From positions 930,001 to 994,000 of the forward strand of contig JANJGN010000167.1 of the NCBI GenBank assembly GCA_026770705.1: 64,000 nt of DNA. The letters run 5' to 3'. Both the position numbers and the translations under genes were made by a program. The DNA comes from Isurus oxyrinchus. Its lineage: Eukaryota. This document shows, one piece after another, positions 10,341-22,400 of the stretch. The stretch's first letter is position 1; every line of letters begins with the position of its first letter. The notes under the pieces were generated by a model. It saw only the letters and a list, made by a program, of their open reading frames with translations. It ran no database searches and was not told the DNA's origin.

Positions 10341-11482
10341 ACTCCTGGGTGTCTGTTATTCTATATATAAACCACCCCGAACCCCTCCATTAGATTCCAG
10401 TCTGTAACCCAGTCCCGGGTACCTGTTATTCTTTATATAAACCACCCCGAACCCTTCGATTAGATTCCAGTCTGTAACTCACTCCCGCGTATCTGTTATT
10501 CTTTATATAAAGCAACCCGAACCCCTCCATTAGATTCCAGTCTGTAACTCACTCCCGGGTATCTGTTATTCTTTATATAAACCTCCCCGAACCCCTCGAT
10601 TAGATTCCAATTTGTAGCTCACTCCCGCGTATCTGTTATTCTATATATAAACCACGCCGAACCCCTCGATTGGATTCCAGTCTGTAACTCATTCCTGGGT
10701 ACCTGTTATTCTATATATAAACCACCCCGAACCCCTCGATTAGATTCCAGTCTGTAACTCAATCCCGGGTATCTCTTATGCTATATATAAACCAACCCAA
10801 ACCCCTCGATTAGTTTCCAGACTGTAACTCACTCACAGGTATCTGTTATTCTATATATAAACCACCCTAAACCCCTCGATTAGACTCCAGTCTGTAACTC
10901 ACTCCCGGGTATCTGTTATTCTATATATAAACCTCCCCGAACCCCTCGATTAGATTCCAGTCTGTAACTCATTCCCGGGCATATGTTATTCTATATATAA
11001 ACCACCCCGAACCCTTCGATTAGATTCCAGTCTGTAACTCACTCCCGGGCATTTGTTATTCTGCATATAAACCACCCTGAACTCCTCGATTAGATTCCCG
11101 TCTGTAACTCACTCACAGGTATCTGTTATTCTATATATAAACCACCCTGAACCCCTCGATTAGATTCCAGTCTGTAACTCACTCCCGGGTATCTGTTATT
11201 CTATATATAAACCTCCCCGAACCCCTCGATTAGATTCCAGTATGTAACTCACTCCCGGGCATTTGTTATTCTGCATATAAACCACCCTGAACTCCTCGAT
11301 TAGATTCCAGTCTGTAACTCACTCACGGGTATCTGTTATTCTGTATATAAACCCCCTGAGCCCCTCGATCATATTCCTGTCTGTAACTCACTCCCAGGTA
11401 TCTGTTATTCTATATATAAACCCCCTGAACCCCTCGATCAGATTCTAGACTGTAACTCACACCTGAGTATCTGTTATTCTAT
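10341..11482. repeat. 70-bp tandem satellite, about 16 copies
   Basis: Unit actcccgggtatctgttattctatatataaaccaccccgaacccctcgattagattccagtctgtaactc; tctgtaactc recurs at 10681 and 10751. Confidence 0.97.
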
Positions 11483-11609
11483 GTAGACTGCGCTGAATAA
11501 ACCGAGGGGCAGAGATTGTGAAAAAGTCTGGGGGGAGAGATTGAGGGTGGAAGACAGGAGGAGTGTGAAAGGCGGGAGAGATAGAGAGGCCGAGCTAGAG
11601 TGAGACATT

Positions 11610-11860
11610 CGAACATAGGGTTTAGGAGCAGGAGTAGGCCACTCGGCCCCTCGGAATTCAATGAGTACATGGTTGATCTATTTGTAGCCTCAGCTCCACA
11701 TTCCCACTTACCCCCGATAAACGTTTCCATACCTTGCTTGCCGAGAGCCTAGCTACCTCTGTATGAAAAATAAAGGATATTCTAATACACTGCATCCACT
11801 GCCTTTTGAGGAAGAGTTCCAAGACGCACGGTCCTCTGAGTGAAAAAATAAACATCCAAC
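11610..11860 (-). mobile_element. CR1 LINE 3' end
   Basis: aacataggg..taggagcaggagtaggccactcggcccctcg...gaggaagagttccaagacgcacg. Confidence 0.8.
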
Positions 11861-11871
11861 AGAGGGTAGAT

Positions 11872-12011
11872 CCGTGGGTGGAAAACCTGGGTTAAGGAAG
11901 AAGGAGGACATGTCAGAGGAACTGTTTTTGAAGGTAGCATCATCGGAACAGATGCGACGGTACCGAAGGAATTGAGAGAATGGGATGGAGTCCTTATAGG
12001 AAGCGGGGTGA
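11872..12011 (-). mobile_element. Penelope-like ORF fragment (post-RT helical region)
   Basis: Translates HPASYKDSIPFSQFLRYRRICSDDATFKNSSSDMSSFFLNPGFPPT, matching the PLE motif HP..K.SIP.SQFLR.RRICS...F...RG(F/Y)P. Confidence 0.85.
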
Positions 12012-12014
12012 ATA

Positions 12015-12657
12015 AAGTGGTTAAGAAGCCACATGGAATCCTTTCCTTCATTAGACTAGATATGGAAAATTACAGCAGCATCATATGCGGTGATTATATA
12101 ACATGTTAGTTAGGCAAGAACTTGAGCTCTTCATGCAGTTCTGCTCACCTCATTTCCAGAAAGGATCTAATTGCTCTAGAGGGAGCACAGAGGAGATTTA
12201 CAAGGGTGTTGCCAGGGCTAGAAAGTTACAGCTAGGAGGAAAGGTTGGACAATCTGGTTCTGTCCTCCATGGAACAGAGGAGGCTGAGGGGAGATTTGTT
12301 TGAGATGTACTGAATTGTGAGGGGCCTGGATAGTGTGGATATGAAAGGCCTATTTAGCTAAACTGAGAGGTCAGTGTCGAGCGGGCACCAATTGAAAGTG
12401 ATTGGTAGTAAGATTATAGGGAGGTGAGAAAGCATTCTCATGGGCCTGAGACTGACTGCCTCAAAGTGGCAGAAGATGTAGAAACTCTTAACTCATTTTG
12501 AACGTCTCTAAACGTTCATCTCCAGAGCCGTATCCTGCACGGCGACAGATCAAATTCTACAAATTGAGATGAGTCTTAGTTGCTCTGTTATTGGCCGGGA
12601 CAGGCACGATAGGACAAGTAGCATCTTTCTGTGCTTCAAACTTTCTATGTTTCTATA
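12015..12657 (+). mobile_element. CR1 LINE 3' fragment
   Basis: LVRQELELFMQFCSPHFQK resembles CR1 LVRPHLEYCVQFWSP. It ends in a ttctatgtttcta tail. Confidence 0.8.
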
Positions 12658-12659
12658 AC

Positions 12660-13130
12660 TCCAAACACTGCCAATTCAGGTACAGCTTGTGTTTAGTCAT
12701 ATAGTAAAGTTCCATCTACACTGTCTCATTAACCAATGGCAGCATAGGATCAAAATGGATTAGGTACCAAATAAAGCTCAGTCTAAACTGTTCCAACAAT
12801 AGTCACAGGACAAGCAGAGAATGGGGTCAGATGCAGAGAGATTCTCCACTGTTCCCAGAAAACAGTCCCAGGGCAGTTACAACATTGAGTTATATACAGA
12901 GGAACACTCCCTCTACACTGTATTCATCAAACACTCCCAGGTCAGATACACCACAGGGTTAGAGAGAGAGAGAAGCCCCTACTGCAATGCCAATATCAAA
13001 CATTCTCAGGTCAGGTACAGCACGGGGTTAGAATCAAAGTAAAACTCTCTCTACACTGCCCCCATCAAACAGCCCCAGGGCAGAACAGCACGGTATTCGA
13101 TATAAAATAAATCTCCCTCTACACTCACCA
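12660..13130 (+). repeat. Degenerate ~68-bp satellite
   Basis: Recurrent ctccctctacactg..cccatcaaacactcccagg.caggtacagcacgggttaga (ctccctctacac at 12907, 13045 and 13113). Confidence 0.75.
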
Positions 13131-13369
13131 AATCTTAGAATTTCAGTCCATTTTATGGTGGGGAAGATTTGCTTTGAGACTATCATCTGGAGGTGAAGGA
13201 CTCAGTTCTCAATAACTCTCCATTCTTTGTTGTGTAAGTTAGTGTATTTCAGTTTTACTGAGTCCATTATCCTGAGATTAACATGAGGATGGCATCCCCT
13301 TCTGTGGTGAATGTTATGTTATGTCACTGCCTGCTGTCAGTATACATGCTGAGGATTTATTTTCAAAAT

Positions 13370-14110
13370 CAGTTATGGGATGGGAGCTTCACTGGCTAGG
13401 ATTTCATTTATTGTCTCTCTCTTGTTGCCGGTGAGATGGTGCTGGTGAGCTACCATCTTGAAACGTTGCATCCCCATGGCGTTGATGCACACACAATGCT
13501 GTTAGGAACAGAATTCAAGAATTCTGTCACAATGACCATGAAGGAAGAGCGAGAACTTTCGAATTCAGGATGGTGAGTGACTTGTAGGGACACATCCAGG
13601 TGTTGGTGTTCCCACCTAACTGCTGCACTTGCCTTTCCAGGTTCTGTCAGCCTTGGGTTTAAGCAGCCTTGGTGAATCTCTGCACTGTATCTTGTAGATG
13701 TTCCACACTGCTGCTAATGTGCATCCATGGTGGAGAGAGTGAATGGTTGGGATGGGCTTCCACTCAAGCCAGCTGCTATTTCCTGGATGGTTTCCAGCTA
13801 CATGAGTGTTGCTGGAACTGCACTCATCCAGGCAAACGCAGAGTGTTCTATCACACTCTTGACTTGCGCCTTGTATATGGTGGAAATTCTTTGAGGAGAT
13901 TGGAAATGAGTTACTCACCGCATGACTCCTGGCCCTTGACCTGAGCTTCTAGCCACAGAATGTGTATTGTTCTTCCAGGTCAGTTTCTAGTCATTGGTAA
14001 CCCTAGGAGGTTGTAACTGGGGGATTCAGCGCTTGTTATGCCATTGAGTGTCAAGGGATGATGGATATATTCTCTCTTGTTGGAGACAGCCATTGCAGGA
14101 TGCTTGTGCT
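13370..14110 (-). mobile_element. LINE 3' fragment (CR1/L2-like family B)
   Basis: Reverse-complement homolog of 14330-14940, for example cactgtatcttgtagatg..cacactgctgcta. Confidence 0.75.
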
Positions 14111-14329
14111 ATGAGTGGCAGGTTTCGTGTGCTAGGCGTGTTCCACAAGGGAATAGTGGCGACACTATCGCAATGGTTTTGCAATGTTTAATTGTCCCGA
14201 TAAGATTTGTGCACTAAATTCAGAATTGAATATTCCACTGACAACTTTAGGGATGTAAAAAAAATACTAAATTAGACATTTATTAAACAAAAGAAAATAT
14301 TTCAAGCGCATACATGAGATAAGTTATTG

Positions 14330-14940
14330 AACTGATCTGGCTAGCCATATTAATACTCTGGGTAAAGGAACAGGTCAGAGGCTAGGAACGCTGCTGAATC
14401 CTGACTCCCTAAAGTCTGTCCACCATCTATAAGGCACATGTCAGGAGTGCAATGGAAAACTCCCCACTTGAGTGAATGAGTGCGGCTCACACAACAATCA
14501 AGAAGTTGGAGAAATCAGCCCACTTGATTCGTATTAAAACCACAAACATTCACTGCCTGCACCACCAGCACACATTAGCAGCAGTGAGTGCCATCTACAA
14601 GATGCACTGCAGGAATTCACCAAGACAGCTTCGACAACACATTCCAAACCCCATGGCCACTCCCATCTAGAAGGACAATGATAGCTGTCAGGTGGGGACA
14701 TCTCCACCTGGAAGATCCCCTCCAAATCACTCACCAAAAATATCACCGTTACTTACTGTCACTATGTCAATATCCTGGATATCCCTCCCTAACAGCACTG
14801 TAGATGGACCGACACCACAAGGACTGCAGTGGTTCAGGAAGGCAGCTTGCCACCAACTTCTCAAGGGCAACAAGGGATGGGTAAGAAATGCTGACCCAGT
14901 CTGCGAAGCCTATATCTCATGGAGGAATAAAATAAGAAAT
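14330..14940 (+). mobile_element. LINE 3' fragment (family B)
   Basis: Encodes an RT C-terminus (..HCLHHQHTLAAVSAIYKMHCRNSPR..) and ends in the tail cttctcaagggcaa..gggatggg...aaatgctg. Confidence 0.8.
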
Positions 14941-15129
14941 TAAACTAGTTATTGCACTGTACTGAGAGTGCGCCATGGGACTATGTAGAAGGAAGTGTAG
15001 AGGGAAATTTATGCTCTAATAAAGATCATAATGTACCTGAGATTGTCAGCTCTGGACAGTGTAGTTTGGACATTACTCTGAATCTGACCCTTTGCTGTAC
15101 CTGACCTGGGAGTGTTTGATAAAGTTGCG

Positions 15130-15880
15130 TAACTCTCTGCAGAATTCCCAGCCTCTGTCCTGCACATTCAGCCACAATATTTATGTCGCTCTACCAGTTC
15201 ATTTCCAGGTCAATGGTTACCCCCAGGATGTTGAGGGTGCCGAGTTCACTGATGGTATTTTCATTAAATGTCAACTGGAGAGCGTCGAATTTTCCCTTTT
15301 TGGAAATGGTGGCTTGCCTTGAAATTGTGTGGAATGAACATTACCTGTCAATTATCAGTTCAACCTTGAATGTGGTTCAGGTCTAGTTGCATATCAGCAC
15401 GGACTGCGTCAGTATCTGTGGGACCCCAATTGCTGTAGAAAGTTGAGCAATTAGCGAACATCCTCACTTCTGCCATCATAATGGAGGGAAGGGCACTGAA
15501 GAACCAACAGAAGATGTTTGGGCCCAGGTCACTAACGTGAGGAACTGCTGCAGATAAGACCTGGGACCGAGATGATTGAACCCAACAACCACATCGATCT
15601 TCCATTGTGTTAGGTATGACTCAAACCAGTGTATATTTTTCCCTCTGATTCCATTAACTCTGGAGTTGCCTGTGCGACTTCATTCCATATTCAGAAAAAG
15701 GCTGTCCAGTTGCCCCGGCAGATGCCTCTCACCTCACATTCTGAGTTCACCACTTGTAACCAATTTAAACCAGGGGTATAATGGCTTCAGGAGCTGAATG
15801 GCGCTGGCAGAACCAACTGAGCTTCAGTGAACAGGTTATTGCTGAGCTATTTTCAATTGATAGAAAAGCCAATGTCATCT
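15130..15880 (-). mobile_element. LINE RT fragment (family B)
   Basis: Minus strand reads AAVPHVSDLGPNIFCWFFSALPSIMMAEVRMFAN, resembling GVPQGSVLGP..F..FINDLP....V.MFADD. Confidence 0.75.
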
Positions 15881-15899
15881 TTCATTCATCTGCTGAATC

Positions 15900-18800
15900 C
15901 CGACTCAGTCCCCAGGGGCCGGCAGTAAATAAAGACAGACTGACCAGGGAGTCCAGCAAATCCTGATACACTCCACCGGGACGGCCTGCAAATCCTGAAA
16001 TACTCCGCGGGGACTGCTGCAAATCCCAAATACTCCACTGAGTCCAACGCGATTCCCTACACATTCCCCAGGCTCATGCTACAAATGTGGACAAATTCCA
16101 CAGGGACCCACCCTCACCCCCAACTCCCCCCACCCCACACCCCACAGGAAATATGGATTCACCCCACAAGGTTTCAAAGGAATTCCCGACACACGGCACA
16201 GTCCCCAGTGAGACACATGAAATATCGACAGGCTCCTCAATTCCCCCAAGAAGTACAGACAGACTCTTCAGTGTCACACAGGAAGTACGGTGACACTCCA
16301 GAGAGAACAAAAGGAAATCCCAACTCCCCAGGGTCCTCCGGGAAACATGGAGAAACTCACCAGGGGCATCCTGGAAATTCAAAATATACTCCCCAAGGAC
16401 CTTCAACAAACACATAACCAACCCCAGTGATACATAAGATATCACGGCACACACACACCCCAGGGACGCAAAGCAAATCCAAATAAACTTCCCAGAGACC
16501 CGCAACAAATCCCGACACACTCCCCAGGGACAAACAGCAAATCCCGACACACTCACCAGGGACAAACAGTAAATCCCGACAAACCACCCAGAGACAAACA
16601 ACAAATCCTGACACAATCCCTACAGAAACACAGCAAATCCTGACACAATCCCCAGCGACACACAGCAAATCCCGACACACTCCTCAGGGACAAACAGCAA
16701 ATCCTGACACACTCCCCAGGGACACACAGCAAATCCTGATACAATCCCTACAGACACACAGCAATAATCCACACACTCCACAGGGACACACAGCAATACT
16801 GCAACACACTCCCCAGGGACACACAGCAATACAACAAACACTCCCCAGGGACACACAGCAATACTCCACACACTCCCCAGGGACACACAGCAATACTCCA
16901 CACACTCCCCAGGGACACACAGCAATACATCACACACTCCCCAGGGACACACAGCAATAATGCACACACACCCTAGGGACACACAGCAATACTCCAAACG
17001 CTCCCCAGGGACACACAGCAATACTCCACACGCTCCCCAGGGACAAACAGCCATACTGCACACACTCCCCAGGCACACACAGCAATACAGCACACACTCC
17101 CCTGCAACACACAGCAATACTCCACACTCCCCAGGGGCACACAGCAATACTGCACACACTCCCCAGGGACACACAGCAATACTGCACACACTCCCCAGGG
17201 ACACACAGCAATACTGCACACACTCCCCAGGGACACACAGCAATACTGCACACACTCCCCAGGGACACACAGCAATACTCCACACACTGCCCAGGGACAC
17301 ACAGCAATACTCCACACACTCCCCAGGGACACACAGCAATACTCCACACACTCCCCAGGGACACACAGCAATACTCCACACACTCCCCAGGGACACACAG
17401 CAATACTCTACACACTCCCCAGGGACACACAGCATTACTCCACACACTCCCCAGGGACACACAGCAATACTGCACACACTCCCCAGGGACACACAGCAAA
17501 ACAGCACACATTCCCCAGGGACACACAGCAAAACAGCACACACTCCCCAGGGACACACAGCAATGCTCCACACACTCCCCAGGGACACACAGCAATACTC
17601 CACACACTCCCCAGGGACACACAGCAATACAGCACAAACTCCCCAGGAACACACAGCAAAACCCCACACACTCCACAGGGACACACAGCAATACTCCACG
17701 CACTCCCCAGGGACACACAGCAATACTGCACACACTCCCCAGGGACACACAGCAATACTCCACACACTCCCCAGGGACACACAGCAATACTCCACACACA
17801 CCCCAGCGACACACAGCAATACAGCACACACTCCCCAGGGACACACAGCAATACTGCACACACTCCCCAGGGACACACAGCAATACTCCACACACTCCCC
17901 AGCGACGAACAGCAAAACTCCACACACTGCCCAGGGACACACAACAATAATACACACACTCCCCAATGACACACAGCAATACAACACACACTCCCCAATG
18001 ACACACAGCAAAACAGCACACACTCCCCAGCGACAAACAGCAATACTCCAGACACTCCCCAGGGACAAACAGCCATACTGCACACACTCCCCAGGCACAC
18101 ACAGCAATACAGCACACACTCCCCTGCAACACACAGCAATACTCCACACTCCCCAGGGGCACACAGCAATACTGCACACACTCCCCAGGGACACACAGCA
18201 ATACTGCACACACTCCCCAGGGACACACAGCAATACTGCACACACTCCCCAGGGACACACAGCAATACTCCACACACTGCCCAGGGACACACAGCAATAC
18301 TCCACACACTCCCCAGGGACACACAGCAATACTCCACACACTCCCCAGGGACACACAGCAATACTCCACACACTCCCCAGGGACACACAGCAATACTCTA
18401 CACACTCCCCAGGGACACACAGCATTACTCCACACACTGCCCAGGGACACACAGCAATACTGCACACACTCCCCAGGGACACACAGCAAAACAGCACACA
18501 TTCCCCAGGGACACACAGCAAAACAGTACACACTCCCCAGGGACACACAGCAATACTCCACACACTCCCCAGGGACACACAGCAATACTCCACACACTCC
18601 CCAGGGACACACAGCAATACAGCACAAACTCCCCAGGAACACACAGCAAAACCCCACACACTCCACAGGGACACACAGCAATACTCCACACACTCCCCAG
18701 GGACACACAGCAATACTGCACACACTCCTCAGGGACACACAGCAATACTCCACACACTCCCCAGGGACACACAGCAATACTCCACACACACCCCAGCGAC

Positions 18801-19880
18801 ACACAGCAATACAGCACACACTCCCCAGGGACACACAGCAATACTGCACACACTCCCCAGGGACACACAGCAATACTCCACACACTCCCCAGCGACGAAC
18901 AGCAAAACTCCACACACTGCCCAGGGACACACAACAATAATACACACACTCCCCAATGACACACAGCAATACAACACACACTCCCCAATGACACACAGCA
19001 AAACAGCACACACTCCCCAGCGACAAACAGCAATACTCCAGACACTCCCCAGGGACACACAGCAATACTGCACACACTCCCCAGGGACACACAGCAATAC
19101 TGCACACACTCCCCAGAGACACACAGCAATACAGCACACACTCCCCAGAGACACACAGCAATACTGCACACACTCCCCAGGGACACACAACAATACTGCA
19201 CACACTCCCCAGGGACACACAGCAATACTCCACACACTCCCCAGGGACACACAGCAATACAGCACACACTCCCCAGGAACACACAACAATACTCCACAAA
19301 CTCCCCAGGGACACACAGCAATACAGTACACACTCCCCAGGAACACACAGCAATACTCCACACACTCCCCAGGGACACACAGCAATACAGCACACACTCC
19401 CCAGGGACACACAGCAATACTCCACACACTCCCCAGGGACACACAGCAATACTCCACACACTCCTCAGGGACACACAGCAATACTGCACACACTCCCCAG
19501 GGACACATATCAATACTGCACACACTCCTCAGGGACACACAGCAATACTCCACACCCTCCCCAGATGCTGGCAGATCATCCCGAAACACACCCCAGAGAA
19601 ACTCAGAAAATACCAACACAAAGCGGGGGGCGGGATGTGCATTAAAATCCACACAGGCTCCCCGGGCACCCAGCAAATTAAAAAAATAGTCCCTAGTGGT
19701 CCCCAAGAGATTCCATCACCCTCGTTAGGGACACAGAACAAATCCCAACACATTTTCCAGCGACACACAGCTAATCCCAGAGCCCTCCAAGGGACACACA
19801 GCTAATCCTAGAGCACTCCCCAGGGACACGCAGCTAATCCCAGAGCACTCCCCAGGGACACACAGCTAATCCCAGAGCAC
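15900..19880. repeat. 32-bp tandem satellite with homogeneous core (~16750-19560), ~1-kb higher-order duplication and diverged flanks
   Basis: Unit actccccagggacacacagcaatactccacac. Diagnostic variants recur at offsets 1022 (17041/18063) and 990 (17901/18891). Confidence 0.97.
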
Positions 19881-19881
19881 A

Positions 19882-20010
19882 TGTAACCTGCAGGACTACA
19901 GACCAGATTCTACAAGGTGGGATTAGGATTTCTTGCTGGTTTATCAGCCTGCACAGACACAATTGGACAAGTGGCTTCTTTCTGAGCCATAAATATTCTA
20001 TGATTCTGTA
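19882..20010 (+). mobile_element. CR1 extreme 3' end
   Basis: tgtaacctgcaggactacagacc...gtgggattagg...ttctatgattct. Confidence 0.7.
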
Positions 20011-20345
20011 ACTATAAACACTACCAGTTCAGATGCAACTTGTGGTTAGATCGACTGTGAAGTTCCGTCTTCTGTCAAATTAAACAATGCCAGGATTGGA
20101 TCTACAATGGTTAGGTAGTGAGTACATCTCACTCTGCACAGTTCCCACGAATTACTACCAACGCAGGTGCAGAACAAGTGTCAGGCCCGGAGAAAATCTC
20201 CCTCTACACAGCCTGCATCAAACACTATCAGGGCAGGTCCAGCACAGGGTTAGATAGAGTAAATGTCCCTCAAAACAGACCCCATGAACACTTCCAGCGC
20301 AGGTGCAGTATTGGGTTCCATACAAAGTGAATATCCCTCTACTTG
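20010..20345 (+). repeat. Degenerate ~68-bp satellite
   Basis: ctccctctacacagcctgcatcaaacactatcagggcaggtccagcacagggttagatagagtaaa. Confidence 0.65.
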
Positions 20346-20469
20346 ATACCTGCTTAACAATAAACTGCTCCCTGAAGCCCGGTTTGAGTTCCGCCATGAT
20401 CTCACAAAGTCTGGGTTCAATCTTTGGCGAAATAGCTGAGCTCCAGAGGTGAGGTGAGCGCGATTACCC

Positions 20470-20710
20470 TTCACATCCAGGCCGCATTTGTCCGAGTGTG
20501 GTATCAAATAGCCGACCAATATTGGAGTCAATGGGAATCGGGTGAAAACTGCGCACTGGGTGTAGCAATACCTAGCATAACGGAAGCTGGCTGTAGGTGT
20601 TGGAGAGCAATCAACTTAGCTCCAGGACATAATCGCTGGAGTTTCTCTGGATTTTGTCCTCGGCCCAAACATATGCAGCTGCTTTATAAATGACCTTCCT
20701 TTCATCAAGG
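20470..20710 (+). mobile_element. LINE RT fragment (family B)
   Basis: HIQAAFVRVWYQ resembles DIKAAFDRVWHQ. Homologous to 56400-56640. Confidence 0.75.
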
Positions 20711-20789
20711 AAGGCATTGTAGAGGGGTCCTGATTCTTTATAAAGTTCGCCTTTGCCTTCCCATGGGAAGTTGAGCATTCGTGCATATT

Positions 20790-21380
20790 GCAATAGGAAT
20801 GGAATACAAATGTAGCAAAGCTTTAGTGTAGATTTACAAGCCTTGGTAGGAACTGTGGGCACTGGAGTTCTGTGTGCAACTTCCAAATATTTATGGAGAA
20901 GAAAGAAGCTTTTTAATTTCTGTCGAAGCAGATCAGAGAGCTTGACACGACTCATTCCTGAGATGAAGGGTTCATCTTTTGAAGAAGGATTGAACAGAAT
21001 GGACCTGTACGCAATGGAGTTTAGGAGGATTAAAGGTGATCTCATTGAATCATATATGATCCTGAGGGGACTTGAAATAGTGGCCTCACAGGGGATGTTT
21101 CCTCTGCAGGGGGAGCCTGCAACCAGTGGACATTTTTTTTGGAATAAGAGATAACAATTGTTAGATAGAGGCCAAGATAATATATATATTTTAATTGCTC
21201 CAGCAGTGTTCCCCAAAAAGCACTGCGGCTTGGACATTGAATTTCGTCAAAGCTGAGTGAAAGGGATTTTTGTCATGCAAGCAATTCAAGGGTTATGACA
21301 GCAGAAAGGAAGTGGAGCTGAGATACTACCAGATCAGGCATTATTTTATTGACATACTGATGCTCCTATATCTTTCTCTA
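20790..21380 (+). mobile_element. CR1 LINE 3' fragment
   Basis: TRLIPEMKGSSFEEGLNRMDLYAMEFRRIKGDLIESYMILRG is the CR1 ORF2 C-terminus (RRLRGDLIEVYKI). Confidence 0.85.
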
Positions 21381-21619
21381 AATAGTCGATGTTATAACTT
21401 CCCTGTGACTCTTTGATTAGACTGTATGAATGGAGTTTTACTAAGTAACAAGGCAAAGCTGCATCTGGCGAATCAGCATTTGACTGGACTGTTCAGAATG
21501 GGCTTTACTCTGAAACTAACATCAAGTTGTAACAGACTCAGATATTTTGTTAGATCATTGCAGACTGAGGAGTACTTTTCACAACCCCATTTCTAACGCC
21601 TTTGTGAGTTTCTGCGATG

Positions 21620-21878
21620 TAGTTCAGAGGGAGCTTGACTCTGTACCTAAACGTGTGGATGTCCCTGTCCAGAGAGTTTGGCGGTGACAGTGTCCATGGA
21701 AATTGATCCAATAAGTAACCCTGATCTGTGTTTCCCCATGGAGTGTTTGATGGGGGCAGTGTAGTGGAGATTTACTCTAAATCTAACACAGTTCTGCACC
21801 TGTCCTGGTAGTTAGTGACGGAAGATGTAGAGGGAGAGTTACTCTGTATCTAACCCTGTGCCATATCTGTCCAGGCTA
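21620..21878 (-). repeat. Degenerate ~68-bp satellite, reverse orientation
   Basis: gtgtttgatgggggcagtgtagtggagatttactct..atctaac and tgtagagggagagttactctgtatctaaccctgtg. Confidence 0.7.
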
Positions 21879-21879
21879 G

Positions 21880-22400
21880 ATAAGGTAGAGGCGCATTTCT
21901 CCAATAGGGACACTGGAGGATTGTTCCCTTATCATCCATCTTGAAAGTCACCGTGACCTGGCATTTGCTGGTGAACATCCCAAAGACGGCTTTGACGTTA
22001 ATGCAGTTCCCAACCTGGCTGAAGAACCTGGTGAGGAAGGTGAGCACATCGGCAACAGGGACATGGGATTGGAAAAGGTGAACAGTCTCCACTTGGTCCC
22101 CTGGTGACGGCAGAGTAAAGAGTGAATCCACCATGTGGATTCTCATCTGTGGCTGGTCTCACATCTCCTTGAACACCTTCAGCATCTTGACACAGGCGGC
22201 AACAATATCGAAGTTCATATTGAATTATCCAGCGCTGGGCAAGTCCTGCAGACAGTACATCCACTGAGCTTTAAATCCACAAGACTCAAACAGGATCCTC
22301 TGAATGAATGAGGAGCAAAAGACAGGTGCACACACTTCGCTGCCCATCACTGCCACTCTCAGGTTGTTAGATAGCCCCTGGTTAGGGGTGTGACTGGTTA
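21880..22400 (-). mobile_element. Tx1/L1-clade ORF1 (ZCCHC3-like) remnant
   Basis: NNLRVAV..FIQRILFESCGFKAQWMYCLQDLPSAG*FNMNF..VHLFQSHVPVADVLTFLTRF..FGMFTSKCQVTV has in-frame stops and resembles the gag-like ORF1 of Tx1 elements. Confidence 0.7.

Noticed and set aside
16620-19706. 700-909 aa His/Thr/Pro-rich and Cys/Val-rich ORFs on both strands
   Set aside because: These are a by-product of a 32-bp monomer that lacks stops in all frames. The same 32-aa pattern appears in every frame and there is no coding signal.
10341-19880. CRISPR-like appearance of the regular repeats
   Set aside because: The monomers are head-to-tail with no unique spacers, there are no cas genes, and the context is vertebrate.
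20375-20450. gcccgg...gggttcaatc, tRNA-like fragment
   Set aside because: No cloverleaf or A box could be built; it is probably SINE debris.
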